Shown here in pieces: positions 46,051-64,000 of a DNA stretch of 64,000 nt. This DNA comes from the human T2T-CHM13v2.0 reference genome, Homo sapiens. Each line of letters begins with the position of its first letter. Position 1 is the stretch's first letter. The translations under genes and the position numbers were made by a program. The notes beneath the pieces were generated by a model, which did not search any database, had not been told where the DNA came from, and saw only the letters and a program-made list of their open reading frames with translations. The stretch lies in the NCBI RefSeq assembly GCF_009914755.1, contig NC_060943.1. One strand, written 5' to 3'.

Positions 46051-48514
46051 AATATTTACTTTTAAAATAGGCAAGAGATATCAGTAGACATTTTACCATA
46101 GAAGTTATATGGGTGGCAAATAAAAACATGATTTAAAATATGCTCAAAATCATGAAGCCTTAGAGAAATGCAAGTTAAAACTACAATAAGATACTATTAC
46201 TCCATCCCTAGTAGCATTATAAACATTAAAAACACAGATCATAGCAATTGTTGGTGATTATGTGACGAAACTGGAACTCTTGCTCACAATCAGGGAGGCA
46301 GGGGATGTAAAATGGTATAATAACTTTAGAACACAATTTGGCAGTTTCTTAAAATGTAAAATATTCACCTACCCTGCAACAAAGGCATTGCACTTTTAGA
46401 TAATAACACAAGAGAAGAGAAAGAATATTCCCACACAAAGACCTACACACTAATGATTACAGTAGCTCAATTTGTAACAGACAAAAACCAACATGCAGCT
46501 AATAGAAGAAAAGGTGGGAGTTCCAGAGGAAAGAGAGAAACAAGGAGGAAGAGGGACTATTTTTAAGAAATGGCCAAAACTACCCAAATTTGATGAAAGA
46601 CTTTTTTTTTATTTTAACACACTATACAGATGTAAAAAGACATAAATATAAACACCCAAGAAGCTCAATGAGCTCCAAGAAGGATGAATTCAAAGAGACT
46701 CACGCTGAGGCACATTATAATCAAACTGTCAAAAGACAGAGACATAAAGAGAATACTGAAAGCAGCAAAAAAGAAGTGACTCATTACATTCAAGGGATAC
46801 TCACTAAGATTATCAGATTTCTCATCAGAAACCTTAGAGGGCAGAAGACAGAAGGCAGAAGGCAGTGGGCTGACATGTTCAAAGTGCTAAAAGAAAAGAA
46901 CGGACAACCAAGACTCCTAAATCTGGCAAAACTATCCACCAAAACTGAGGGAGAAATGAAGACATTCCCAATTGAGGGAATGCGTTACCAAGAGAACTGC
47001 TGTGCAAGAAATGCTAAAGGGAGTCCTTCCAGTTGAAATGAAAGGACACTGGACAGTAACTCAGTGCCATGAGAAGAAATAAGGATCTCTAGTAAAGGCA
47101 AATACCTGGGAAAATTTTAAAGTTCATATTATTGTAACTTTGGTTTGTACTCCACTTTTTGTTTTTTATGTGATTTAAGAGACGAATGTGTTAAAAAATT
47201 ATTAATCTATGTTTTTGGACACACAATGTATAAAGAGGTAATTTTGTGACATTACTATCTACAAGTGTTGGGGATGGAGTTGTATAAGATCAGAGTTTTT
47301 CTGTGTTATTAACGGTAAGCTGGTAAAAGTTCAAATCAGAGTATTACAAATCTAGGATGTGAAATGTAATCTCCATGGTAACCACAAAGAAAATAGTTAT
47401 GGAATATACACAAAATGAAACAAGAATGAAATTAAAATGTTTCACATTTGAAAAATCAAACACACAAAAAGAGAGTAATATAGGAAATAAGGGACAAAAA
47501 AGCTAAAATCACATAGAAAATAAATAGCAGAATGACAGAAGTAAGTCCCTCCTTATCAGTAATTACTTTAAATATAACTGGATTAAATCCTCAGAGCAAA
47601 ACACAGAAACTGGCAAAATGAGTTAAAAAACAAACAACAACAACAAAAAAAACACCGATAATCCAACTATATGCTGTCTACAAAGTTTCACTTTAGATCC
47701 AAAGACAGAAATAGATTGAAAGTAAAAGAATGGAAAAAGATATTCCATGCAAATAGTAACCAAAAGAAAGCAGGGATGGACATACTGGTATCAAACAAAA
47801 TAGACCTTAAATCAAAATGTGGTTCCATGAGACAAAGAGAGACGTTACATATTAAGAAAAGATTCAAGACAGCAAGGACATATAACAATTATAAGCATTT
47901 ATATACCTAATAACAGACCATCAGAATATATGAAGGAAAAATACACAGAATTAACAGAAGAAATAGACAGTTCTACAACAATAGTTAGAGACTTCAATAA
48001 CCCATTCTCAATAATAAATAAAACAATCAGAAGACCAATAAGGAAATAGAGCACTTGAACAATACAATAAGCCAATTAGATCTAACAGAAAATATATAGA
48101 ATACACGATAACAATAGAATACACTTGCACATGGGATATTCTCCAAAATAGACCATGTCAGGCCATAAATTAAGGGTCAATAGATTTTAAAAGATATATA
48201 TCATATAAAATATCTTCCCTGATCACAAGAGGTTAGGAAAACTTGAAAATTCACAAATTTGCAGAGAGCAAATGACACTCTTAAATAATCATTATATCAA
48301 AGAAATCACAAAGGAAATTATAAAATAGAGATGAAAGAAAAGGAAAACAATATACAAAAACTTGTAGGATACAACAAAAGCAGTGCCTAAGTAGGAAATT
48401 TATAGCTATAAAGATTATATTAAAACAGAAGAAAGATCTCAAATCAAAAATCTAACTTTACAACTTAAAAAAACTTAAGAAAAACTTTATAACTTAAGAA
48501 ACTTAAGAACAACT

Positions 48515-48925
<411 letters not shown>

Positions 48926-49175
48926 TCAACAAAATCAAAAGTTGGTTGTTAGGATTAACAAAATTGACGAAATTTTAGTTAGAAATGACAAAAAAAAGAA
49001 GATTCAAATTAATAAAATTAGAAATTAAAATGAAGACACTATGATAGAGTCTATATAAATAAAAAAAATTACAAGAGAGCTATGAACAATTGTATGCCAA
49101 CAAATTGGTTGACCTAGAATGGATATATTCTGTGAGACACAAAATCTACCAAGACTGAATCATGAAAAACTAAAA

Positions 49176-49470
<295 letters not shown>

Positions 49471-49477
49471 TCAATGA

Positions 49478-49556
49478 TGAAGAAGAAGAGAAAGAGGAAG
49501 GAGAGGAAGAGGAAGAAGAAGAAGAGGAAGAAGAAAAAGAAAAGAAAAAAGAAAAA
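49478..49556. repeat. (GAA/GAG)n purine tract
   Basis: Directly visible. Confidence 0.9.
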
Positions 49557-51347
49557 TTTGAATAGGCCTATCAACAGTAAACATAGAGAATCAAAAACCT
49601 CTCAACATGAACAACACAAAAGCCCTGACCTGACAGCTTATCTGGTGAATACTACTATACACTTAAAGAACTAACACCAATCCTTCTTAAACTTTTCCAA
49701 AAAACTGAAGGATAAAACACTTCCTAACTCATTTTATGAAGCAGAATTGCCCTTATGCCAAAGCCAGCCAAACATAAGAGAACTACAAACCAATATCCCT
49801 TATGAACACTGATGCCAAAATCCTCAATCAAATATTAGCAAGCCAAATTAAGCAGCATGTTAAAAGGATTATACACCATGTCCAAGTGGGATTTATTCCT
49901 AGAATGCAAGGATGGTTCAATGCATGAAAAACAATCAATATACTATTCCATATTAACAGAATAAAGGAAAAAACCAATCATCTCTTTTGATGCAGAAAAA
50001 GCATTTGACAAAAATTCAATACCATTTCATGTAAAAAAAAACTCAAAAAATGAAATAAAAGGAAACTATGTCAATGTAATAAAAGCCATATATAAAAACC
50101 CATAGCTAACATCATTCTCAATGGTGAAAAACCAAAAGCTTTCTGATCAGGAACAAGGCAAAGATGTCCTCTTTCTCTGTTTCTGTTCAACATGGTACTG
50201 GAAGTCCTAGCCAGAGTAATTATGGAAGAAAAGAAGTAAAAGGCAGCCAAATTGGAAAGGAAGAAGTGAAATTATTTCTGATCCCAGGTGATATTATATG
50301 TAGATAATTCTAAAGTTTTCACACACACACACACACAAAGACTTAAAATTAATAAATGAATTCAGCAAACTAGCAGGATAAAAAAAATCAACACAGAAAA
50401 ATGACTTACATTTCCATACACTAACAATGAACAATCTGAAAAGGAAATCATGAAAACAGTTCCATTTACATTAGCATCAAAAGTAATAGAATGCTTAGGA
50501 ATTAACCAAGGAGGTGAAAACTTGTACAATGAAAACTACAAAACACTCCTGAAAGAAAGCAAAGACATAAATAATGGAATGAAATTCCATATTCACAGAT
50601 TGGGTAACTTAATATTATTAAGATGTCAATACCACCCAAAGTGATCAATAGATTTAATGGAATCCCAATAATATCTTGTGCAGAAATATAAAGATCCATT
50701 CTAAAATTAATATGGAATCTCAAGGGATCCTGAACAGCCAAAAGAATATTGAAAAAGAACAAAGTTGAAGGTCTCACACTTCCTAATTTTAAAACTTACT
50801 ACAAAGCTACAGTAATTAAAACAGCATGAAACTGGTGTAAGGACAGACATACACACCAACAGAATTAAAATGGAGCTCAGAAGTAAACCCTCACATATAT
50901 GCTCAAATGATTTTTGACAGGAGTGCCAAGACCAACCAATGGGGAAAAGACAGTCTTTTGAACAAATGGTGTTAGGAAAATGGGATATCCACATGCAAAA
51001 CAGTGAAGCTGGACCCTTACCTAACACCATACACAAAAATGAACTCCAAAAAGTGACTCAAAATGAATCAAAGACCTAGATGTAAGAGCTAAAACTATAA
51101 AAACTCTTAGAGACATAGGTGGCAATGGTTCCTTATATATGACACCAAAGGCAAAGACACCAAAAGAAAACATAGACAAATTGAACCTCATGAAAATTTA
51201 AAATTTTCTGATCAACGGACACTATGAACAGAGTAAAACGGTCCACAGAATGGGAGAAAATATCTGATAAAGGATTAGTACCCAGAATATACAGAAAAGT
51301 TGTAAAACTCAACAACAAAACAACCCAATTCAAAAATGGAAATAAGA

Positions 51348-51644
<297 letters not shown>

Positions 51645-51844
51645 TGGAGATAAGGAGGGGTGAGTGAAAAAAAAATGGAGAAAATACTTGAATAGAAATT
51701 TCCCCAAAGATATACAAATGGCCAGTAAGCACATGAAATGATACTTAAAGTCACAAATCATTAGGGAAAGCATATCAAATAAGATACTACTTCACACCCA
51801 TTAGAATGGCTACCACCAAAAAAAACAAAAACAAGTGCTGGTGA

Positions 51845-52199
<355 letters not shown>

Positions 52200-54568
52200 T
52201 GAAAGGGTGCAGTTCTGTGGAAAACAGTGTATGTCAGGTCCTCAAAAAACTAAAAATAGATTTACTATATCATCTAGTAATTCTACTTCTGAGCATATAC
52301 CCAAAAGAGTTGAAAGTAGGGTCTTGAATAGATATTTGTTGTGCACTCAGGTTCAGAGCAGCATTATTCGAAATAGGCAAAAGGTGGAGGCACCCCAAGT
52401 ATCCATTGACACATGATAGAGAAGCAAAATGCAGCACATACAAGGAAATACTAATCAGCCCTAAAAAGGAAATTCTGACATATGCTCCAACATTGATGAA
52501 CCTTGAGAATATTATGCTAAGTGTGAAATAAGCTAGCTACAAAAAGACAAATACTTATTATTCTACTTATATGAGGTACCTAGAGTGGTCAAATTCATAC
52601 AGACAGGAAGTAGAATGGTGGTTTTGAGGGGCTGGGGAAGGGAAAATGGGAAGTTATTGCTTGACAGGTACAGAATTTCAGTTTTGCAAGATTGAAGAGT
52701 TCTGGAGACGAATGGTGGTGATGGTTACATAACAATACGAATCTACTTAATACCATTGAAGTATACACTAAAAATGGTTAGGATAGTAAATTTCATGTTA
52801 AGTATATTTCATCAGATTTTTTTAACATTTTTAAATAAACCATAAAAAACTATGGTGCACTCACCCAGTATAGCACTACTCAGTAGTAAAAGGAATGAAC
52901 TATATATACACACAGCATGGATGATTCTCAAGATAATTATGCTGCATGAAAGAAACCAGACCAAAAGAGAGTATAAATACTTTATGATTCCAATTGTGTT
53001 AATTCTAGAAAAGGCAAACAAATCTAAAGTAAAAAATGTAAATCAACGGTTTCCTAGGGAAGGCAAGGAGGGAATGTAAAGGGGCATGAGGTAGCTTTGC
53101 AGGTGATGGATACGTTCATTATCATGATTATGGTATTGGTTCCCTGAGTGTACATAATATATGTACAAAACTTACCAAATATGAATAATTATTGCATGAC
53201 AATCACATATCAACAAAGCATTAAAAGAAACTGTTGCACATAAAAATCCAACTTCCTACTCATTTTAGAAAATCCGATTTGGCAACCCTATATTGACTCT
53301 GTCATCTCTTTCTTCTTGCCTTGGGAGCAAAGAATGGCTGGCTACGTCATAGATACTACAGTCCCTATAGTATAGGATCTGCTTTTTCTCAGTCCCTATT
53401 TTCCTGCCAGCACAGCACTGGCCTTCAGATGCACAGCACGGAGATGGTAATCCACAAAACCAAAACCTTTAGATTATTTGCTCTGCCAGTAACATTAGTC
53501 ATAGGACAGAGGTCTGAGGTCCTGAGAATTTCTGCAAACCCTGAATCCTGCACAGCCACATTCAAGGGAGCATTCACGGATGCACATTTAGCAGAGTTCC
53601 ATTTCTGCTGGTTTGCTATAATCTCGCCTACTCCCTATTAATCACATCCAGTGTTTCTGTACAAATTATGGTCCCAGCTGGGCCTGGTATGTCTTACAGT
53701 TAAGAGATACCTGCCTAATGCTGAACTTCAGGGCATATGGCTCCTTGGCAGGTGCTAAACAGCATCTGCTTTACAGTATTGGGGAATATGGGGCACCCCC
53801 TGGGAATAAGGGACCCAATTCATGCTGTTCCCACATGCACTGGAGGTTGTCACAACTGCCCCCTCCTCGGGATAAAAATTCACGCCATTCAGACCACAAT
53901 ATTATACCCATAAATTCCTACAATTTTTCCTAGGAGGCCTTGGTGGCAATGCAAATGAGGTCAAATCTGGATTGACAGTTGTTTCTCTGCCATCCTCCTG
54001 TCCCCTCCAAGATAATCTGGAGACCCCTTCAGTTTGGTAGATCTTAACTCTGCTCTTGAACCACCCCACACAGTGATCAGAACATGGAAGACTAAAGGCG
54101 GCTTTATCATAAGGCCATTATCATCACATGAACCAGGGCAATACACAGGAGATAAGTTGTTGTGTAGAGTAACATGAAGGCTGGACAAATCCTTCACAGG
54201 CATAACATGAGACCAACAATGTCCCAGAAAAAGGGAAACCTTCTCTAGAACAAGCTGTTGGCAAAACCCTGCTCAGGTCTTCACAGCCAAAAGCTGGTCA
54301 TGTCCATGGCTAAACCAGCCATACAGGGCGGGAATGACATCTTCCCAAGGCTTCAGACTACTCCTAATTCCCTTTAGGGATTGGAAAGAGAGAGGAGAGG
54401 TCTGCCTTCCCTGAGCACAGTGGAGTGGTGGACACACTCTTTGGAGAGCTGCAGTGTGTGGTGCTGACATGGCTTCTATCACAACCCCAGCAGTGAAAAA
54501 ACGCTGATAAACTCTACAGTAAGAGAATGTAACTTGTCTCCAGAAAGCTTCCAACACAGCTAGCATTC

Positions 54569-60275
<5,707 letters not shown>

Positions 60276-61104
60276 CGGAGTCTGTGGTCAGAGCAGGGCC
60301 CCACGGTGCGGGAAACCACGGGGCGGGGGTAGGGGGTCTCGCAGGCTGAGGCTACCACCCACCTGGCCGTGCCCCAGACGAGGTGTGACCCCGGGCTGAG
60401 GGTCGCACTCCTAGCCTCAGTCTCCCCCGTGCAAAATGCGCAAGGGGCCCGGGGCGCAGGCTCCGGGGGCGCCGAGAGCGCGCAGCTCCGCTGGGTACCC
60501 CCGTTGCAAGGGGTCACGGCTGGTGCAAAGGCGCGGAGGGGGTCCCGGCCTCACTGTCCCCCTCGCGGTCCGGGAAAGCCGGCGGGGCAGCTTCACGGGC
60601 GTAGCCCCAGCCGCCCCGCCCCCAACTCGGGGTCCCCAGCTCCTGGGGACTCAGCCTCCCCGCCGGGAAATGACCTGCGAGGCTGCAGTGCAGGAAGTTC
60701 CGGCCCCCACCGTGGCGGCCGGGAGAGTTGCCCTCTCCCGTACTGTCATTGGCCTGGCGCCAGCCGCTGGTGCACAGGCAGGGCCTGGGGATCGCGAGTT
60801 TCTGCCCAGCCTCTCGTCAGGCTGAGGGTCCAGGGCGGGAAGGAGAGCGGATCTCGTCGGGTCTCCACCGCCGCCGCCTGCAGCCCTCGGGCCTTCCCCT
60901 TAAAGGGGCCGCTCCCGAGCCTGCAGCCGCCCGCGCTAAACCCCGCCCACCCTCCGAGGTCCAGGAGGAGAGCCCCAGTGCTCTTCCTGCGCGTGTGGGC
61001 ATCGGCCAGCCGCTTCACCCCTAAGGGACCTAAATTCACACTGGAAAATGGGGATAGTACCCAATGGGCGGGGTCTTTGCGTTGTAATATTAAATGTCGC
61101 TCTG

Positions 61105-61590
61105 ATTCAGGGCTTCTCAAACCAGCAACATCAGCATCACCTGGGGACTGGCTGAAAATGCAGGTTCTGGGGCAACAACTTAAATCTAAGGACTCAGAAA
61201 TTCTGGGGATGGGATTCAGCCTTCTCTACTTTTTGCGGGGGGGGCGGGGGGGATGGGTCTCGTTCTGTTGTCCAGGCTGGAGTGCAGTGGCCTGATCATA
61301 GCTCACTGCAGCCTCCATCTCGGGCTCAAGCTATCCTCCTGCCTCAGCCTACCAGGTAGATGGGATACAGGCGTGCACCATCATACACAGCTAATTTTAA
61401 AATTTTTTGTAGAGACTGGATCTCCCTGTGATGCCTAGGCTGGTCTCAAACTCCTGAGCTCAAGTGATCCTCTCACCTCGGCCTCCCAAAGTGTTGGGAA
61501 TTGCAGGAGTGAGCCATGGTGCCAGGCCTCCTTCTCTGTTTTAACAAGCCCTCTGGGGACTCCAATGCTGGCTCCAACTTTACAGCAGGG
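61105..61590. mobile_element. MER5A-like hAT MITE split by an Alu
   Basis: CAGGGCTTCTCAAAC..CATCAGCATCACCTGGG..AAATGCAG; TGTTTTAACAAGCCCTC. Confidence 0.6.
61230..61528 (-). mobile_element. Alu (AluJ)
   Basis: Antisense Alu inside MER5A. Confidence 0.85.
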
Positions 61591-61637
61591 ACTCTCATTG
61601 AAATCCAGTAAATAAAATGGGAAAAATAACACTACAT

Positions 61638-62720
61638 TGTTGCAGGAAGTCAGGGACCCCGAACGGAGGGACCTGCTGAAGCCGTGACAGAAGAACATTA
61701 ATTGTGAAGATTTCATGGACATTTATTAGTTCCCCAAATTAATACTTTTATAATTTCTTATGCCTGTCTTTACTGCAATCTCTGAACATAAATTGTGAAG
61801 ATTTCATGGACATGTATCGCTTCCCCAATCAATACTCTTGTGATTTCCTATGCCTGACTTTACTTTAATCTCTTAATCCTGTCATCTTCGTAAGCTGAGG
61901 ATGTATGTCATCTCAGGACCCTGTGATGATTGCGTTAACTGCACAGATTGTTTGTAGGGCATGTGTGTTTGAACAATATGAAATCTGGGCACCTTAAGAA
62001 CAGGATAACAGCGATTTTCAGGGAACAAGGGAGATAACCTTAAAGTCTGGCTGCCTGTGGGACGGGCAGGACAGAGCCATATTTCTCCTATTACCAAAAA
62101 CGGGTAAGAGAAATATCGCTGAATTCTTTCCCCAGTAAGGAATATTAATAATTAACAGCCCTGGGAAAATAATGCATTCCCAGGGCAGTGCCTCTAAAAT
62201 GGCTGCCCTGGGAGTGTCTGCCTTATGCACATGTAGATAGGGATGAAACACACCCTAGTCTCCTGCAGCGCCCCCAGGCTTGCTAGGATTAGGAAATTCC
62301 AGCCTGGCGAACTCTAGTCAGACCAGTTCTCTGCTCTTGAACCCTGTTAAGATGTTTATAAATGACAATGCGTGCACAGCAGGACATGGAAGCTCATGAG
62401 TGATTCTAGTTTTGCCCTGACCTTGTGATCTCGCCCTGACCTTCTGCCTTGTGATCTTTTGTTGCCCTTAAAGCATGTGATCTCTGTGACCCACACCCTA
62501 TTCGTACACTCCCTCCCCTTTGAAAATTGCCAATAAAAACTTGCTGGTTTTATGGCTCGGGGGCATCACGGAACCTGCTGACATGTGATGTCTCCCCCAG
62601 ACACCCAGCTTTAAAATTTATCTCTTTTGTACTCTTTCCCTTTATTTCTCAGACCAGCCGACACTTAGGGAAAATAGAAAAGAACCCACATTGAATTATC
62701 GGGGGTGGGTTCCCCCGATA
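61638..62720 (+). mobile_element. MER11 solo LTR (HERV-K11/HML-8)
   Basis: TGTTGCAGGAAGTCAGGGACCCCGAACGGAGGGACC...TTCCCCCGATA; 1083 bp; perfect 6-bp TSD CTACAT. Confidence 0.92.
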
Positions 62721-62735
62721 CTACATGTCATATGG

Positions 62736-63765
62736 TGAAACCACCTTTGTAAAAATTATAACTGAGAAAATTATGACAGTGAGAGATCTGACCTAACCAA
62801 CTCCATCTTGCTTCTAACCTCCAAGCTGTCCTTGTTCGTTCCTGAGCATAGGCCTAACTAACTTTGGGAGAAACTCAGTTTACAGTTTAACTTTGAAGCA
62901 AAGATAACAGCCCTTTCCCTCTAGGCCGGGCATGGTGGTTCACCCCTGTAATCCCAGCACTTTGGCAGGCCGAGGCAGGCGGATCACGAGTTCAGGAGAT
63001 CGAGACCATTCTGGCTAACATGGTGAAACCCTGTCTCTACTAAAAATACAAAAAATTAGCCAGGTGTGGTGGCGGGCACCTGTAGTCCCAGCTACTCAGG
63101 AGGCTGAGGCAGGAGAATGGCATGAACCCCGGGAGGTAGAGCTTGCAGTGAGCTGAGATCGCCTCCAGCCCGGGCAACAGAGCGAGACTCCATCTCAAAA
63201 ACAAAAACAAACAAAAAAACCCAGCCCTTTCCTGAAACAAACCCTCTTCTTGTCTGGGGACCAGACTGCCTTTGTAGGATTAACAAAAGCCACAAGATTA
63301 GAGAGTATGGTTTAGGAGTCATGCAGCCAGGGGCCAGGGGTCACAAGATTTTAAACCTTCCCAATTGCTACTGGGGATAACATCACTATTGTAAAACCTA
63401 AGATTGGTGCTCGAGATATTTTTCAGACCCAGCACTCGATGGATCAGCTAGTGCCACCCAGATTGATAAACTGGGTCATCTGGTCCTGTGGTCCCCACCC
63501 TGGAATTTACTCAGTGCAGTTAGTCAACTTTGACTCCCTGTGATTTCATCTCTAACCCAACTAATCAGCACTCCCCACTACCTGGCCCCCCACCCACCAA
63601 ATTATCCCTGAAAACCTCTGATCACTGAATTTTCAGGGAGATCAAGTTGAGTAATAACTCTGTTTCTCCCATGGCATGGCTGGCCCTGTGTCAGTTAAAG
63701 ACTTTGTTTACTGCAATGCCGTGGTCTTTTTGTAGCAGGCAAAAAGAACCCATTGGGTGGTTACA
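62736..63765 (+). mobile_element. LTR8-family solo LTR with an internal AluY
   Basis: TGAAACCACCTTTG...GGTTACA; TSD ATGG. Confidence 0.85.
62924..63219 (+). mobile_element. AluY inside LTR8
   Basis: Flanking repeat CAGCCCTTTCC. Confidence 0.9.
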
Positions 63766-64000
63766 ATGGTAGATAACAGGGCCCAGGACAGAATTCCTGC
63801 TGGGTGCATAAAAGCTATTGTCATTACCAACACCATCATCACAAGAATCTTACAAACACTGCTGTGGGGCGGCAGGGAAGAGACACCTCTGTGCAGTCTT
63901 TTGGATGTTTGTCAAAATATACAATGACTCTAACTCAGCAAGTACCGCCTCAGAGGGAATAGTTATGATTTTTACATGAAAGCACACCATAGTAACATTT

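Noticed and set aside
60369-61295. 308-aa + strand ORF antisense to ZNF792
   Set aside because: GTG start, low-complexity Pro/Gly/Arg/Ala content expected in a stop-poor CpG island, ends in MER5A/Alu sequence, and has no recognisable domain.

Overview
Human (primate) genomic DNA that I recognise from the encoded proteins as the ZNF30-ZNF792 region of the chr19q13.11 KRAB zinc-finger cluster. It holds two convergent multi-exon KRAB-C2H2 genes. ZNF30 is on + with a CpG-island promoter at about 23.4-24.0 kb and CDS join 26562-26570, 28457-28607, 30242-30337, 39838-41453 (623 aa). ZNF792 is on - with CDS join 60275-60243, 57607-57481, 56970-56848, 56184-54569 (632 aa). The first ~6 kb contain a decayed, intronless POM121/NPAP1-family retrocopy whose 5' part forms a CpG island. 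The remainder is dense in transposable elements: about 38 Alus, a full-length SVA, solo LTRs with intact target-site duplications (LTR5A, MER11, LTR10C, LTR8, THE1, LTR1/28-like), an old ~6 kb L1MB, ERV internal relics and DNA-transposon MITEs. I see no unambiguous new biological system. The best leads are: (i) an LTR5A/SVA pair forming a large inverted repeat 4-7 kb upstream of ZNF30, possibly a TE-KZFP feedback module; (ii) the POM121/NPAP1 'intermediate' retrocopy; (iii) a shifted KRAB-A splice acceptor, a junction-spanning uORF and a candidate poison exon in ZNF30; (iv) a short 5' transduction on the SVA. Repeat family names and homologies come from memory of consensus and protein sequences, not from searches.
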